A stretch of DNA of 64,000 bases. It comes from Candidatus Magasanikiibacteriota bacterium. GTDB taxonomy: Bacteria > Patescibacteriota > Patescibacteriia > Magasanikbacterales > UBA922. A program made the position numbers and the translations under genes. Under the pieces are notes generated by a model, which was not told the DNA's origin, ran no database searches, and saw only the letters and a program-made list of their open reading frames with translations. The first letter of the stretch is position 1. Each line of letters opens with the position of its first letter. The DNA lies in NCBI GenBank assembly GCA_041675185.1, contig JBAYUH010000001.1, positions 10,869-74,868 of the forward strand. Reading direction: 5' to 3'. Below, piece by piece: positions 37,901 to 45,615 of this stretch.

Positions 37901-38799
37901 GTAACTTCATTAACAGTAACAGCTGAACTACCAGCTACTAAGTTTACTTTCAATACATCTACATTTGTAGCACTCTTTGGAAGAGTAGCACTTGTAGGTG
38001 TACTAGCGTTTAAACTAACAGCCAAATTACCACTAGCTGTAGGAGGAGTTGTTGTTGTACCTTGACCAAGGTTAACTAACAAATCTAATACAGTAGCTTT
38101 TGTAACAGTACTACCACTGTCTTCTACAGTTGCGAATACTGAGTCAGAAACAGTTTGTACACTACCAGCAGAAGCACCAAGAGTGCCATCTACCATGTAT
38201 AGTTTACCATCTTTTACGAAGTAAACTGAGTCAGAACTAGCTTTTTTTACAAGCATACCTGCATGAGGTACAGCACTTACAAGAGCTGTGCCAACAGTTG
38301 GGTAGACAGTTGTCCACCAAGCACTGTTTACATCTCTAACTTTTGTTGTCCAATTTGAACCATAAAGAGCAGATGCTACTTCTTCACTAGGAAGGGCAAC
38401 TTTTGTTCCGTTTGGTGTTACTGCGTATACAGTATTATTTACTTCTTCTTTTACAAGCATAGAACCAGGTCTAAAACTTACTCCATAAGGAGCTGAAGAA
38501 GTTTGTGGGTAAGCATTGAAACAAGTTTGTGTCAATTTGTTTACACCACTGAAATCACTATACCAAGTGTGATATACTTCTGAATTTGGGAAGTATAATC
38601 TTTCCAAATTTGAGTTCAAAAGGAAAACAGCAGAATTGCCGGTCAATTGAACTAGATCTCCAGCACTAAGTGTTGGACATTCACCTTCAGCGTGTGCGAC
38701 TACAGGAACTAGAGCTGAAACGCCTAGACTCCATGCTAATGTCATTGCCACGACTGAAAAGGTGAACAATTTTTTTCCGAATTTTAATACGTCATTCAT
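34945..38799 (-). CDS. Putative S-layer / major cell-surface (glyco)protein
   Basis: 1284 aa. Signal peptide FTFSVVAMTLAWSLGVSALVPVVAHA. The composition is dominated by Thr/Ser/Ala/Val/Gly/Asn with essentially no Cys after the N-terminus. GC content and codon choice (act/gct/gtt/ggt/tct) are distinct from neighbours, consistent with a highly expressed gene. It has its own promoter, a strong SD (AAAAAGGU) and its own terminator. Confidence 0.5.
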   Translation of the reverse strand: MNDVLKFGKKLFTFSVVAMTLAWSLGVSALVPVVAHAEGECPTLSAGDLVQLTGNSAVFLLNSNLERLYFPNSEVYHTWYSDFSGVNKLTQTCFNAYPQTSSAPYGVSFRPGSMLVKEEVNNTVYAVTPNGTKVALPSEEVASALYGSNWTTKVRDVNSAWWTTVYPTVGTALVSAVPHAGMLVKKASSDSVYFVKDGKLYMVDGTLGASAGSVQTVSDSVFATVEDSGSTVTKATVLDLLVNLGQGTTTTPPTASGNLAVSLNASTPTSATLPKSATNVDVLKVNLVAGSSAVTVNEVTVKRSGAGLTTGLTSYLYDGEVRLGSSGRTFSSDTNTAEFTSLGLVVPANSTKVLTVRLQTGTTAGEHNFSITAINSSLGTTVTGLPVTGNTFTVSSAVTAGTLTVVGTGTLSNPTVGDTNVTMAQFKLTAATEDEMFSAITLKQDGTLTTSNLSNFKLYQGVDVVPTTATLNGRYLTLALNTPLKLVNGASKTFSLVGDISASADVADTIVFFMNNAADVKAVGTSYGYGALATITSYDDAGNSSTLTLQGGGVTISNHSASAHDVKVDSTSVELMRVAVKAVSDSTEVQKMTLQLETTSTTNSAVSYGLYKDLGTGDQYDSTTDTLLIRNIKLIDADSGQTIGSAKAITDADSWADGNNTNATLTFTYTDYFTVAKGATKNVAVVADINTAQVSGVVYKATLEFGSTVFTAKDSKDNTITDVVPATNVAGYNVTTRSSSLTVSRAASPESRTVVKGSTVDALGMIFTAGSGAGNDVKVSALTLNTYINASTTADVYYTLNTETETVATPANAVVTQVSLYVGDTLVAGPATVDSNGKAIFSSSKFVGGYYTIPAGTSKTIVAKAVISGNAPYGSENDAFAFTLATADITAEDANGSFDATVTGTNLNGTTAPSVAITVAANGTITTAANSGKPDAGIVLAGLSTEQEMHRITLTATKEAFNVQKMTILVSSTDAYDDVEYVQLYSSTGTQLGPDGGVGLNSSGQAVFDSLNFSVANTGETVVVVKAKFSAIGERTTNTVGTAGTGADSGDFVEFRLDTTADYFKAVATSGFTDTAADAAVGNTMSVRLSKPTVAVATLPSTSLSTGSNTGKTIMKFTVTAPANGDVVLGSIAPYIDFNDSDGTDAWLRITSGTLYAFDVTGSETQLNTDGYVTSTTSSTDGQFLINFDTTKVVTIAAGTTRTFEVRADIAGVEAGDSIDTYFVRDAGNLSAFTETFANAYGDANNDFVWSDQSADSDGVGSTEWVNGFYLSLPTSHFSVSKSS

Positions 38800-38831
38800 A
38801 AATACCTTTTTGGCTTATCATGATGCGCCTC

Positions 38832-38861
38832 CGTATAGGTAAATAAATACCACGGTGTCAA
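38832..38861 (-). promoter_or_regulatory. Candidate sigma-70-type promoter of the S-layer-like gene (-35 TTGACA at 38856-38861, 18-nt spacer, -10 TATACG at 38832-38837; read on the minus strand)
   Basis: The hexamers were read from the reverse complement. The site lies about 35-60 nt upstream of the ATG at 38799. Confidence 0.35.
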
Positions 38862-38933
38862 CATAATAAGTCTGAATAAAATAACCACCCAACTCTGTTT
38901 TGCAACAGATCGACCTTGTGGTCAAGTGGGGTC

Positions 38934-38953
38934 CTCTAGAAACAATTCTAGAG
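38934..38953. promoter_or_regulatory. Near-perfect palindrome CTCTAGAA-ACAA-TTCTAGAG about 75 bp upstream of the S-layer promoter, followed by a GC hairpin (CTCGTC-GGCCAA-GACGAG, 38960-38977)
   Basis: The inverted repeat was read directly. It is a candidate operator. The adjacent hairpin plus TTTTCTCC looks like a plus-strand terminator. Confidence 0.35.
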
Positions 38954-39208
38954 TAGAGTCTCGTCGGCCAAGACGAGTGCCCTTTTCTCCCAACACAGGG
39001 TTTAAGCTGCGGTGGTTACTGTATGGCATACAACTTACAATTTTGTGAGCTATATGCTATACAGTATAGGATTTTTATAAGAAAATTTCTTATAAGGCGA
39101 TATTTTTAATTTTGAATTTAGAAATTTTAAATTTTGAAACAATTGAATAATGACTAAATTTTGAATTATATTTTAAAGAAAATTTTTTAAAATTAATTCA
39201 TTTAAAAA

Positions 39209-39243
39209 TTGTTTTAAAATTCAAAATTTAAAATTCCAAAATT
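39209..39243 (+). repeat. Copy C of the conserved AT-rich intergenic motif (TTGTTTTAAAATTCAAAATTTAAAATTCCAAAATT)
   Basis: See copy A. It is embedded in about 140 bp of AAATTTTGAA-type low-complexity sequence. Confidence 0.6.
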
Positions 39244-40567
39244 ATCTACTAACCGTACTACTCGTACTTGTCGCAATAATTGTTGTAGTAGTATTTGTAC
39301 TTGTTTCTATCGTTGTTATCACCTTTTGTGGCAACTGGATCAAAGTGTTACTCACCTCTTTACTTACATCACTAACTGTATTTTTCAATTCAATAGTCTT
39401 TTTTACAGCTTCTAGAACATTGGTATCAAGTAAAGTCTGCACATTGGTATTTTCAGTTTCTACAGTTTTTACTACAGCATCCACTTTGGTCAATAGATCA
39501 CCAGCTGTGGTTTTGGTATCTTTGGTAGCATTGACTTCATCTTCTGTTGGTACTATTTTTGAGATATCATCTGGATTGGTAGTAGAAACTATTTCTGTTG
39601 TACTGGCTGTATTAGTAACCAAGACAATTGCAGTAGAGCTACTATTTTGTCCCAAAACATTTACTGGATTATTTGTATCATTTATATTGTCATTTTTGAC
39701 ATCTTCTACAAGTTGACCAGCTTGCGCTTGAGCTTTTTGAGTATCTTGTTGCATCTGATTGACAGTATCAGCAATATGTTCACGAATAATTAATTTTTCT
39801 TCTTCAGATACTTCTGAATTTACTTCTGCCTTTTTTTCAAGCACGACTTCTACCATTTGCAAACTTTGTTTGGATGCATCAAGTGCCTGAATAGACAAAT
39901 CATTTGATAAACTAGCATCATCAGTAATAGAAATTTGATCAGCAACTTCTTTCAAAGTGTGGGATATTTCTTTTGTTTTTAGAGATACTTCTTTTACCAA
40001 ATTTACAGCATCTTTTGCTTCACTATTTTTTAAGCTTTCGTTAGCACTGTTTAGCTTGTTTTGTAAATCCACTGAATTTTCTTTGAGAAGTTTATTTTTT
40101 GTGTCTTTATTAGAAATATCACTATCAGCTACCTGTTTCAAAACCTGAGCACTTTTGGCAGCAAAATTCAATTTCAAAGAAGTTTTTTGTTCTTCAGATG
40201 AGAGAGCAAGTTTACCTTGTTCAACTACAGAATTGATAGCTACTTTGGTAGACCACATGAAATCTCCAGGTTCAGCATAAGCACTAGCCACCCAACCACC
40301 AGAAGTAAGTACCAAAGCTAACAAAGCAGTGAATACTGAACGAAAAGACTTGTTGATATTGGTAGGCAAAAACATTTGATAAATATGAGAAAAATTTTTC
40401 CATTGATTTCCCCATGTTTGTTTTTGTTTTTCAGTAGAAACATCTGATCTAGTCTTAGAAATTTGTGACATCAACAATTGTTTGTTTTCCAAAACCCAAG
40501 ACTGACGTGTTGATAACACGTCTTCATTTTTCAAATTCTTCAATTGTTCCTTAATTTTTTTTGTCAT
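39242..40567 (-). CDS. Putative anti-sigma factor / membrane-anchored regulator (cytoplasmic N-domain, one TM, extracytoplasmic coiled-coil and Thr-rich tail)
   Basis: 441 aa. TM helix FTALLALVLTSGGWVASAYA at about 80-100. It is 51 bp downstream of the ECF sigma gene on the same strand. The C-terminus is TSTNTTTTIIATSTSSTV. Confidence 0.45.
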   Translation of the reverse strand: MTKKIKEQLKNLKNEDVLSTRQSWVLENKQLLMSQISKTRSDVSTEKQKQTWGNQWKNFSHIYQMFLPTNINKSFRSVFTALLALVLTSGGWVASAYAEPGDFMWSTKVAINSVVEQGKLALSSEEQKTSLKLNFAAKSAQVLKQVADSDISNKDTKNKLLKENSVDLQNKLNSANESLKNSEAKDAVNLVKEVSLKTKEISHTLKEVADQISITDDASLSNDLSIQALDASKQSLQMVEVVLEKKAEVNSEVSEEEKLIIREHIADTVNQMQQDTQKAQAQAGQLVEDVKNDNINDTNNPVNVLGQNSSSTAIVLVTNTASTTEIVSTTNPDDISKIVPTEDEVNATKDTKTTAGDLLTKVDAVVKTVETENTNVQTLLDTNVLEAVKKTIELKNTVSDVSKEVSNTLIQLPQKVITTIETSTNTTTTIIATSTSSTVSR

Positions 40568-40618
40568 ATTTCACAAACATTCAAAAAGTTATAAAGCCTT
40601 TTAGGCTTTTCTGGCATT

Positions 40619-41179
40619 TTAAGCCTTTCCAGCCTTTTGTTCCAACAACTTCTTCAATATCTTAATCGCTCTATACAAAGTTACTCGAACATTAGTAGTA
40701 TTTTTTTGCAAAATTTCAGCTATCTCACCTGTACTCAGTTCTTCTACATACTTGAACAAAATCACTTCCTGATATTCACGTTTCATTTTTTGTAAAGTTC
40801 GGAAAATTCTTTGAACTTCTTGTTTGTCATCCAATGATTTAATAATTTTTGTATCCACTTTTATTTCTCCCAAGTCTTCTAAAGAAATTTCAGTCTGAGA
40901 ATTTTGACGATAAAAATCTATCAAAGTGTTGCGGGCTATCTTATAGATAAGACCACTAAAACTTTTTATAACTTGATCTTTATTGGAAATAAGATAATTC
41001 CAAGTTTTTAGGAATACTTCACTAGTAATATCTTCAGCTTCTTCTCTATTGCCAAGTTTCAAATATGTAAACCTGTAGATCTTTTGTATATAAAGATCAT
41101 AAAGAATAGCAAAGCTGTCAGTATCTCCGTCTTGCTGAATTTTATGGACTAGAATCTTTTCAGTGTACTTCGAGCTCAT
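40619..41179 (-). CDS. ECF-type RNA polymerase sigma-70 factor
   Basis: Region 2 DSFAILYDLYIQKIYRFTYLKLGNREEAEDITSEVFLKTW and region 4 LSTGEIAEILQKNTTNVRVTLYRAIKIL. The start at MSSKY (41177-41179) is preferred over the ORF-track start at 41224, by alignment to the RpoE N-terminus. Confidence 0.8.
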   Translation of the reverse strand: MSSKYTEKILVHKIQQDGDTDSFAILYDLYIQKIYRFTYLKLGNREEAEDITSEVFLKTWNYLISNKDQVIKSFSGLIYKIARNTLIDFYRQNSQTEISLEDLGEIKVDTKIIKSLDDKQEVQRIFRTLQKMKREYQEVILFKYVEELSTGEIAEILQKNTTNVRVTLYRAIKILKKLLEQKAGKA

Positions 41180-41357
41180 AATAGTAGTCGCTAAAAATAA
41201 AAAAGTGTTACACCTAAATAACAATACTCTATCAAACTTTGCTAAAAATGGCTAAAAAATAAAAAATTAAACAGTCTTTTTTCATAAAAAAGTGTAGGCA
41301 ACTATACCATATACTACCCAAAAAAGCAATAAACTGTGTACAAAATGTAGTCAGAAG

Positions 41358-41500
41358 AAGAAAGTCCATAAAGTCTACAAAGTCCTTAAAGTCAAAAGTC
41401 ATTAAAATAGCCAATAACCTATTACTAAAAGTAGTCTAACTTTATATTAATTTATAGGGACTTTCGACTTTATGAACTTTCGACTTTACAGACTTTTTTG
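41358..41500. repeat. AAAGTC-iteron palindromic element, copy 7 (largest; in the divergent region between the sigma factor and the HTH gene)
   Basis: gaaagtc cataaagtc tacaaagtc cttaaagtc aaaagtc ... central ~55 bp ... gggacttt cgacttt atgaacttt cgacttt acagacttt. Confidence 0.7.
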
Positions 41501-41619
41501 TATACAATAATATATACTTTTAAAAAACAACCTCTTATAAACAAATTATTATCTTTGTATATAATACTGTATACAAAAAACCACAATTACCTTAATTTTA
41601 AGCCAAAAAAGAACCAAAC

Positions 41620-41648
41620 TTGACAAAAAAGGCTTTTTTTGTTAATAT
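41620..41648 (+). promoter_or_regulatory. Consensus-like sigma-70 promoter (-35 TTGACA 41620-41625, 17-nt spacer, -10 TAATAT 41643-41648)
   Basis: The hexamers were read directly. The site lies about 23 nt upstream of the ATG at 41671. Confidence 0.55.
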
Positions 41649-41670
41649 TACCCTATACAAATGCCAATAT

Positions 41671-42012
41671 ATGTCAGAACCAATTAACAATTCAAAAGAA
41701 ATAATTAGAGTGTCTATATCTGAGGCAGCAAGATTATTTGGTGTAAACCCTCAGACTATTAGAAGAGCTATAAAAGGCCAAGAAATAACCTATGTTGTAG
41801 TGGCTGGCAGATATAAAATAAACTTTGAAAGTCTAGTAAATTGGTCACAAAAGAAAATTACAGTCAAAAACAAAGCAGAAAAATACGGTATTGGTCAGTA
41901 TGTGGATAAGTGGAAAATAAAAAATACACTTTACTCCCCTAGCAAAAAAAGTATCAAAAAAAAACCAAAAGAAGAATCAACAAATAATCCAGAAACACAA
42001 ACATCAGCCTAA
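41671..42012 (+). CDS. Helix-turn-helix DNA-binding protein (HTH_17/excisionase-like), second paralog
   Basis: SISEAARLFGVNPQTIRRAIKGQEITYVVVAGRYKI. The start is set at the ATG (MSEPINN). The ORF-track start at 41620 is a TTG that coincides with the -35 box. The C-terminus is K-rich. Confidence 0.55.
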   Translation: MSEPINNSKEIIRVSISEAARLFGVNPQTIRRAIKGQEITYVVVAGRYKINFESLVNWSQKKITVKNKAEKYGIGQYVDKWKIKNTLYSPSKKSIKKKPKEESTNNPETQTSA

Positions 42013-42031
42013 AGAAGGGCTGATGTTTTTA
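42000..42031 (+). terminator. Rho-independent terminator (ACATCAGCC-taaagaag-GGCTGATGT + TTTTTATT)
   Basis: Perfect 9-bp stem followed by a T-run. The stop codon lies in the loop. Confidence 0.7.
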
Positions 42032-42133
42032 TTAGTAAAAAATTCATAAAGTCAATTATAAACTATAAATAAATCACTTAGTAAAATTGCTAAAATAGTT
42101 TTTTTGTAGTATAATTAATTTCACTTTACAATT

Positions 42134-43579
42134 ATGGATAATGTTAATTTTTTATACGAAGAAAACCAAGAAGAAAAACCAAAAACTAACCTAAAAAAAT
42201 GGTTATTTTTGTTGTTGATACCTCTAATTTTGACTTTAGTTTTCTTTGGCTTCAGTTATGCAAAAAAAATAAGCAGTACAAAAAATCCTTTGGATTACAA
42301 TGAAAACACTCTAGAACCAAAAAAACCTCAAGGACTATTCCAAAAATTGGCTTACCTATTGTTCAAACCAGAATCAAAATTAACAGGACAAAAAGATGAT
42401 AGAATAAACGTTTTACTTCTTGGCATGGGCGGTCTTGGACATGACGGTCCCTACTTGACAGATACCATAATGATAGCTAGTATCAAACCATCTACCAATG
42501 ATATAGCCTTGATATCCATTCCTCGTGATCTAGGAATAGAGATAGACGGATATGTCCGAAAAATAAATAGTGCCAATTCTATCGGAGAAGTACAAAAAGC
42601 TGAATGGGGTGGTGCTTATGCCACACAAGTAATTTCAAAAACTTTCAATTTGGATATACCTTATTATATAAGAATAGATTTTCAAGCTTTTTCCGATATA
42701 ATAGATGAAGTCGGTGGTGTACGTGTCAATGTAGACAACTCATTTACAGACTACATGTATCCTGCTGACAATGATTTGTACCAAACAGTTTCTTTCAAAA
42801 AAGGACTACAAACTTTTGACGGAGCAACAGCTCTAAAATTTACTCGTTCTAGACATGGTAACAATAGTGAAGGTTCAGATTTTGCCAGATCTTCCAGACA
42901 ACAAAAAATCATACAAGCTCTCAAAGACAAAATCTTATCTTTTAGCACTCTTACTAATCCAGTAAAAATAAAAAACATTATAGATTCTTTGGAAAAACAC
43001 ATGACCACCAATATGGGATTTGATGAAATACTCAGTTTCATACGCATGGCCAAAGATATTCAAGGAGACAATGTCAAACATCTAGTTTTGGATGATAGCA
43101 TTGGTGGTTACTTACATAGTTATACAGGAGTTGATGGTGCTTTTCTACTAGGCCCTAATACAGGAAATTTTGATGAAATAAATAGTGCTATACAAAATAT
43201 CTTTACAGATAGTAATATTGCCAAAGTGACTACGACAACTGATGAAACACCACTTCAAGAATCACCAAAATTAGATTGGGCTACAGTAGAGATTGAAAAT
43301 GGTACTTGGCAAGCAGGATTAGCTGCTAGACTAAAACAAAGATTGCTCGATGAAAAATTTTTTATAGATAATGTTGGTAATTTGGCAACAGAACTAAAAC
43401 CATTTAGTAATAGTGGAATTTATTCCTTTGCACCAAAAGACAAAGACATCACAGGAGTCTTGGAAGGATTACAAAAAGAATTACATATACCAATAAAAAT
43501 AGACGTACCAAACGGTATCAAACCTATGTCAAGCTCTACTGACATTATAGTAGTTTTGGGGGATGACTTCGTTGAGTAA
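42134..43579 (+). CDS. LytR-CpsA-Psr (LCP) family cell-wall glycopolymer ligase with C-terminal LytR_C domain
   Basis: N-terminal TM. RINVLLLGMGGLGHDGPYLTDTIMIASI...ISIPRDL LCP core motifs. Confidence 0.8.
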   Translation: MDNVNFLYEENQEEKPKTNLKKWLFLLLIPLILTLVFFGFSYAKKISSTKNPLDYNENTLEPKKPQGLFQKLAYLLFKPESKLTGQKDDRINVLLLGMGGLGHDGPYLTDTIMIASIKPSTNDIALISIPRDLGIEIDGYVRKINSANSIGEVQKAEWGGAYATQVISKTFNLDIPYYIRIDFQAFSDIIDEVGGVRVNVDNSFTDYMYPADNDLYQTVSFKKGLQTFDGATALKFTRSRHGNNSEGSDFARSSRQQKIIQALKDKILSFSTLTNPVKIKNIIDSLEKHMTTNMGFDEILSFIRMAKDIQGDNVKHLVLDDSIGGYLHSYTGVDGAFLLGPNTGNFDEINSAIQNIFTDSNIAKVTTTTDETPLQESPKLDWATVEIENGTWQAGLAARLKQRLLDEKFFIDNVGNLATELKPFSNSGIYSFAPKDKDITGVLEGLQKELHIPIKIDVPNGIKPMSSSTDIIVVLGDDFVE

Positions 43580-43635
43580 GAAATAGATTTTGAATTTCAA
43601 ATTACCATACCATTAGACATTTCAAAATTAATTTA

Positions 43636-43667
43636 TTGTTTAAAAATTTAAAATTCGAAATTATTTG
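43636..43667 (+). repeat. Copy D of the conserved AT-rich intergenic motif (TTGTTTAAAAATTTAAAATTCGAAATTATTTG), immediately upstream of der
   Basis: See copy A. Here it may double as a promoter (TTGTTT...ATTATT). Confidence 0.5.
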
Positions 43668-43672
43668 AATAT

Positions 43673-45052
43673 ATGATAGAAAAAAAAATCATCAAAAATA
43701 ATTTACCAACCATAGTTCTCATCGGCAGAGCCAATGTTGGTAAATCTACTTTTTTCAATACTTTATTGGAATACAAAAAAGCTTTAGTTTCCAATATATC
43801 AGGAACAACTAGAACCAACAACGAAGGAGTCGCTGTTTGGCGTGGCAAAGAAATAAATATTATTGATACCGGAGGTGTGGATAATGATGAAAATGAATTT
43901 TTTGCTAATGAAATAATCCAACAAGCCACTATGGCGCTAGAAAGTGCGGATATAATAATCATGCTGGTTGACGCTCAATCCCCTCTCTTACCTCAAGAAA
44001 AAGAATTGGCTAAAAAAATAAAAAGTACTTACAAAGACAAAAAAATATTTTTAGTTGCCAACAAAGCCGACGACAAAAAAGATGTAATGAGTTTTGACCA
44101 AAGTTATTACAAACTAGGTCTTGGTGAACCAATTTTAATTTCAGCTATAAATGGCAAAGGTGTTGGTGATTTCTTGGATATTTTATACAAAAATTTGAAT
44201 AAATTATCCAAACGTCCAAAAAAGACTAAAGAAAAAATTGAAACTACAAAAGTCAGTCTAATAGGCAAACCAAATGTTGGCAAATCATCAATTTTCAACA
44301 AAATAATTGGAGAAGACAAAGTAATTGTTAGTGATATTGCTCACACTACTCGCGAACCATTTGATACAGACATTGAATATGATTTTGATGGAAAAAAACA
44401 CAAAATTACTTTCATAGACACAGCTGGTATTCGTCGCAAAGCCAGAGTAGATGGTTACCTAGAAAGAGCTGGTATACAAAGAAGTATTGATACTATCGTT
44501 CATTCTGATATTATTTTATTAGTTTTGGATGGTAGTGAACCTATCTCTACTCAAGATATGCAACTTGGCGGTCTAATAGAAAAAAAGAGTAAAAGTGTTA
44601 TAATAATAGTAAACAAATGGGATCTAGCAGAAGATAATAGTGATTCTCACAGAAATGAAGTCAAACAAATGGTCTATAGTCACTTTCCTCATTTGGATTT
44701 TTCACCTATACTATTTATAAGTGGCAAAACTGGCTACAGAACACAACAAATTTTCCCAACAATTTTGAAAGCTATCGAAGCTAGAAAAACCACAATTACA
44801 GAAAATGCTCTAAGTAAATTCATAGATCGTATTGTCAAAACTCACAAACCATCTCGCGGTAAAGGTACCAAACAACCAAAAGTTCTTGGATTCAAACAAA
44901 TAAATACTGAACCACCGATTTTCAAATTATTTATCAAACAACGCACTTCACTTCATCGTTCTTATTTGAATTTTATTGAAAACAAACTCCGTGAAAAATT
45001 CAATTTTCTAGCTACACCAATTGTTATCAAGATGGCAAAGGTCAAAAAATAA
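43673..45052 (+). CDS. der: Ribosome biogenesis GTPase Der (EngA), tandem GTPase domains + KH-like domain
   Basis: Two G1 motifs, LIGRANVGKSTFFN and LIGKPNVGKSSIFN, with DTGG/DTAG G3 motifs. Confidence 0.9.
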   Translation: MIEKKIIKNNLPTIVLIGRANVGKSTFFNTLLEYKKALVSNISGTTRTNNEGVAVWRGKEINIIDTGGVDNDENEFFANEIIQQATMALESADIIIMLVDAQSPLLPQEKELAKKIKSTYKDKKIFLVANKADDKKDVMSFDQSYYKLGLGEPILISAINGKGVGDFLDILYKNLNKLSKRPKKTKEKIETTKVSLIGKPNVGKSSIFNKIIGEDKVIVSDIAHTTREPFDTDIEYDFDGKKHKITFIDTAGIRRKARVDGYLERAGIQRSIDTIVHSDIILLVLDGSEPISTQDMQLGGLIEKKSKSVIIIVNKWDLAEDNSDSHRNEVKQMVYSHFPHLDFSPILFISGKTGYRTQQIFPTILKAIEARKTTITENALSKFIDRIVKTHKPSRGKGTKQPKVLGFKQINTEPPIFKLFIKQRTSLHRSYLNFIENKLREKFNFLATPIVIKMAKVKK

Positions 45053-45069
45053 AAAATTTAAACTCTGAT

Positions 45070-45615
45070 ATGAAATTAATAGTAGGACTAGGCAATCCAG
45101 GCAAAAAATACGAAAAAACTCGTCACAATGTCGGATTTTTGATACTTGATCAACTACATGAAAATCTTCTATCCTGTGGCATAAATGATTGGGAATTGAG
45201 TAAAAAATTCAATGCTCTTATTTCTGGTTGTGTAGTGCACAATGAAAAAGTAATTTTAGTCAAACCTATGACCTTCATGAACAAATCTGGAGAAGCTGTC
45301 CAAAATATTGGACAATTTTACAAAATGAATAGAAAAGATATTATAGTAATTCATGATGATAAAGATATTTTGCTTGGTGAAGTAAGATTACAAGAAAACC
45401 GTGGTCCTGCAGGACACAATGGAATAAAATCAATTATAGAACATATTGGCACACAAGATTTCTGGAGATTTCGTATTGGTATTGCTAGTGAAAACAAAAA
45501 AAGAATGGCTGACACTATCAAATTTGTTTTGGGTAAATTTGGTATTTTGGAAAAGAAAAAATTACAAAATAGTGTTGATAAAACAATAGCAAAAATAATG
45601 GAGCTTGTATCTTAA
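45070..45615 (+). CDS. pth: Peptidyl-tRNA hydrolase
   Basis: MKLIVGLGNPGKKYEKTRHNVGF. Confidence 0.9.
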   Translation: MKLIVGLGNPGKKYEKTRHNVGFLILDQLHENLLSCGINDWELSKKFNALISGCVVHNEKVILVKPMTFMNKSGEAVQNIGQFYKMNRKDIIVIHDDKDILLGEVRLQENRGPAGHNGIKSIIEHIGTQDFWRFRIGIASENKKRMADTIKFVLGKFGILEKKKLQNSVDKTIAKIMELVS

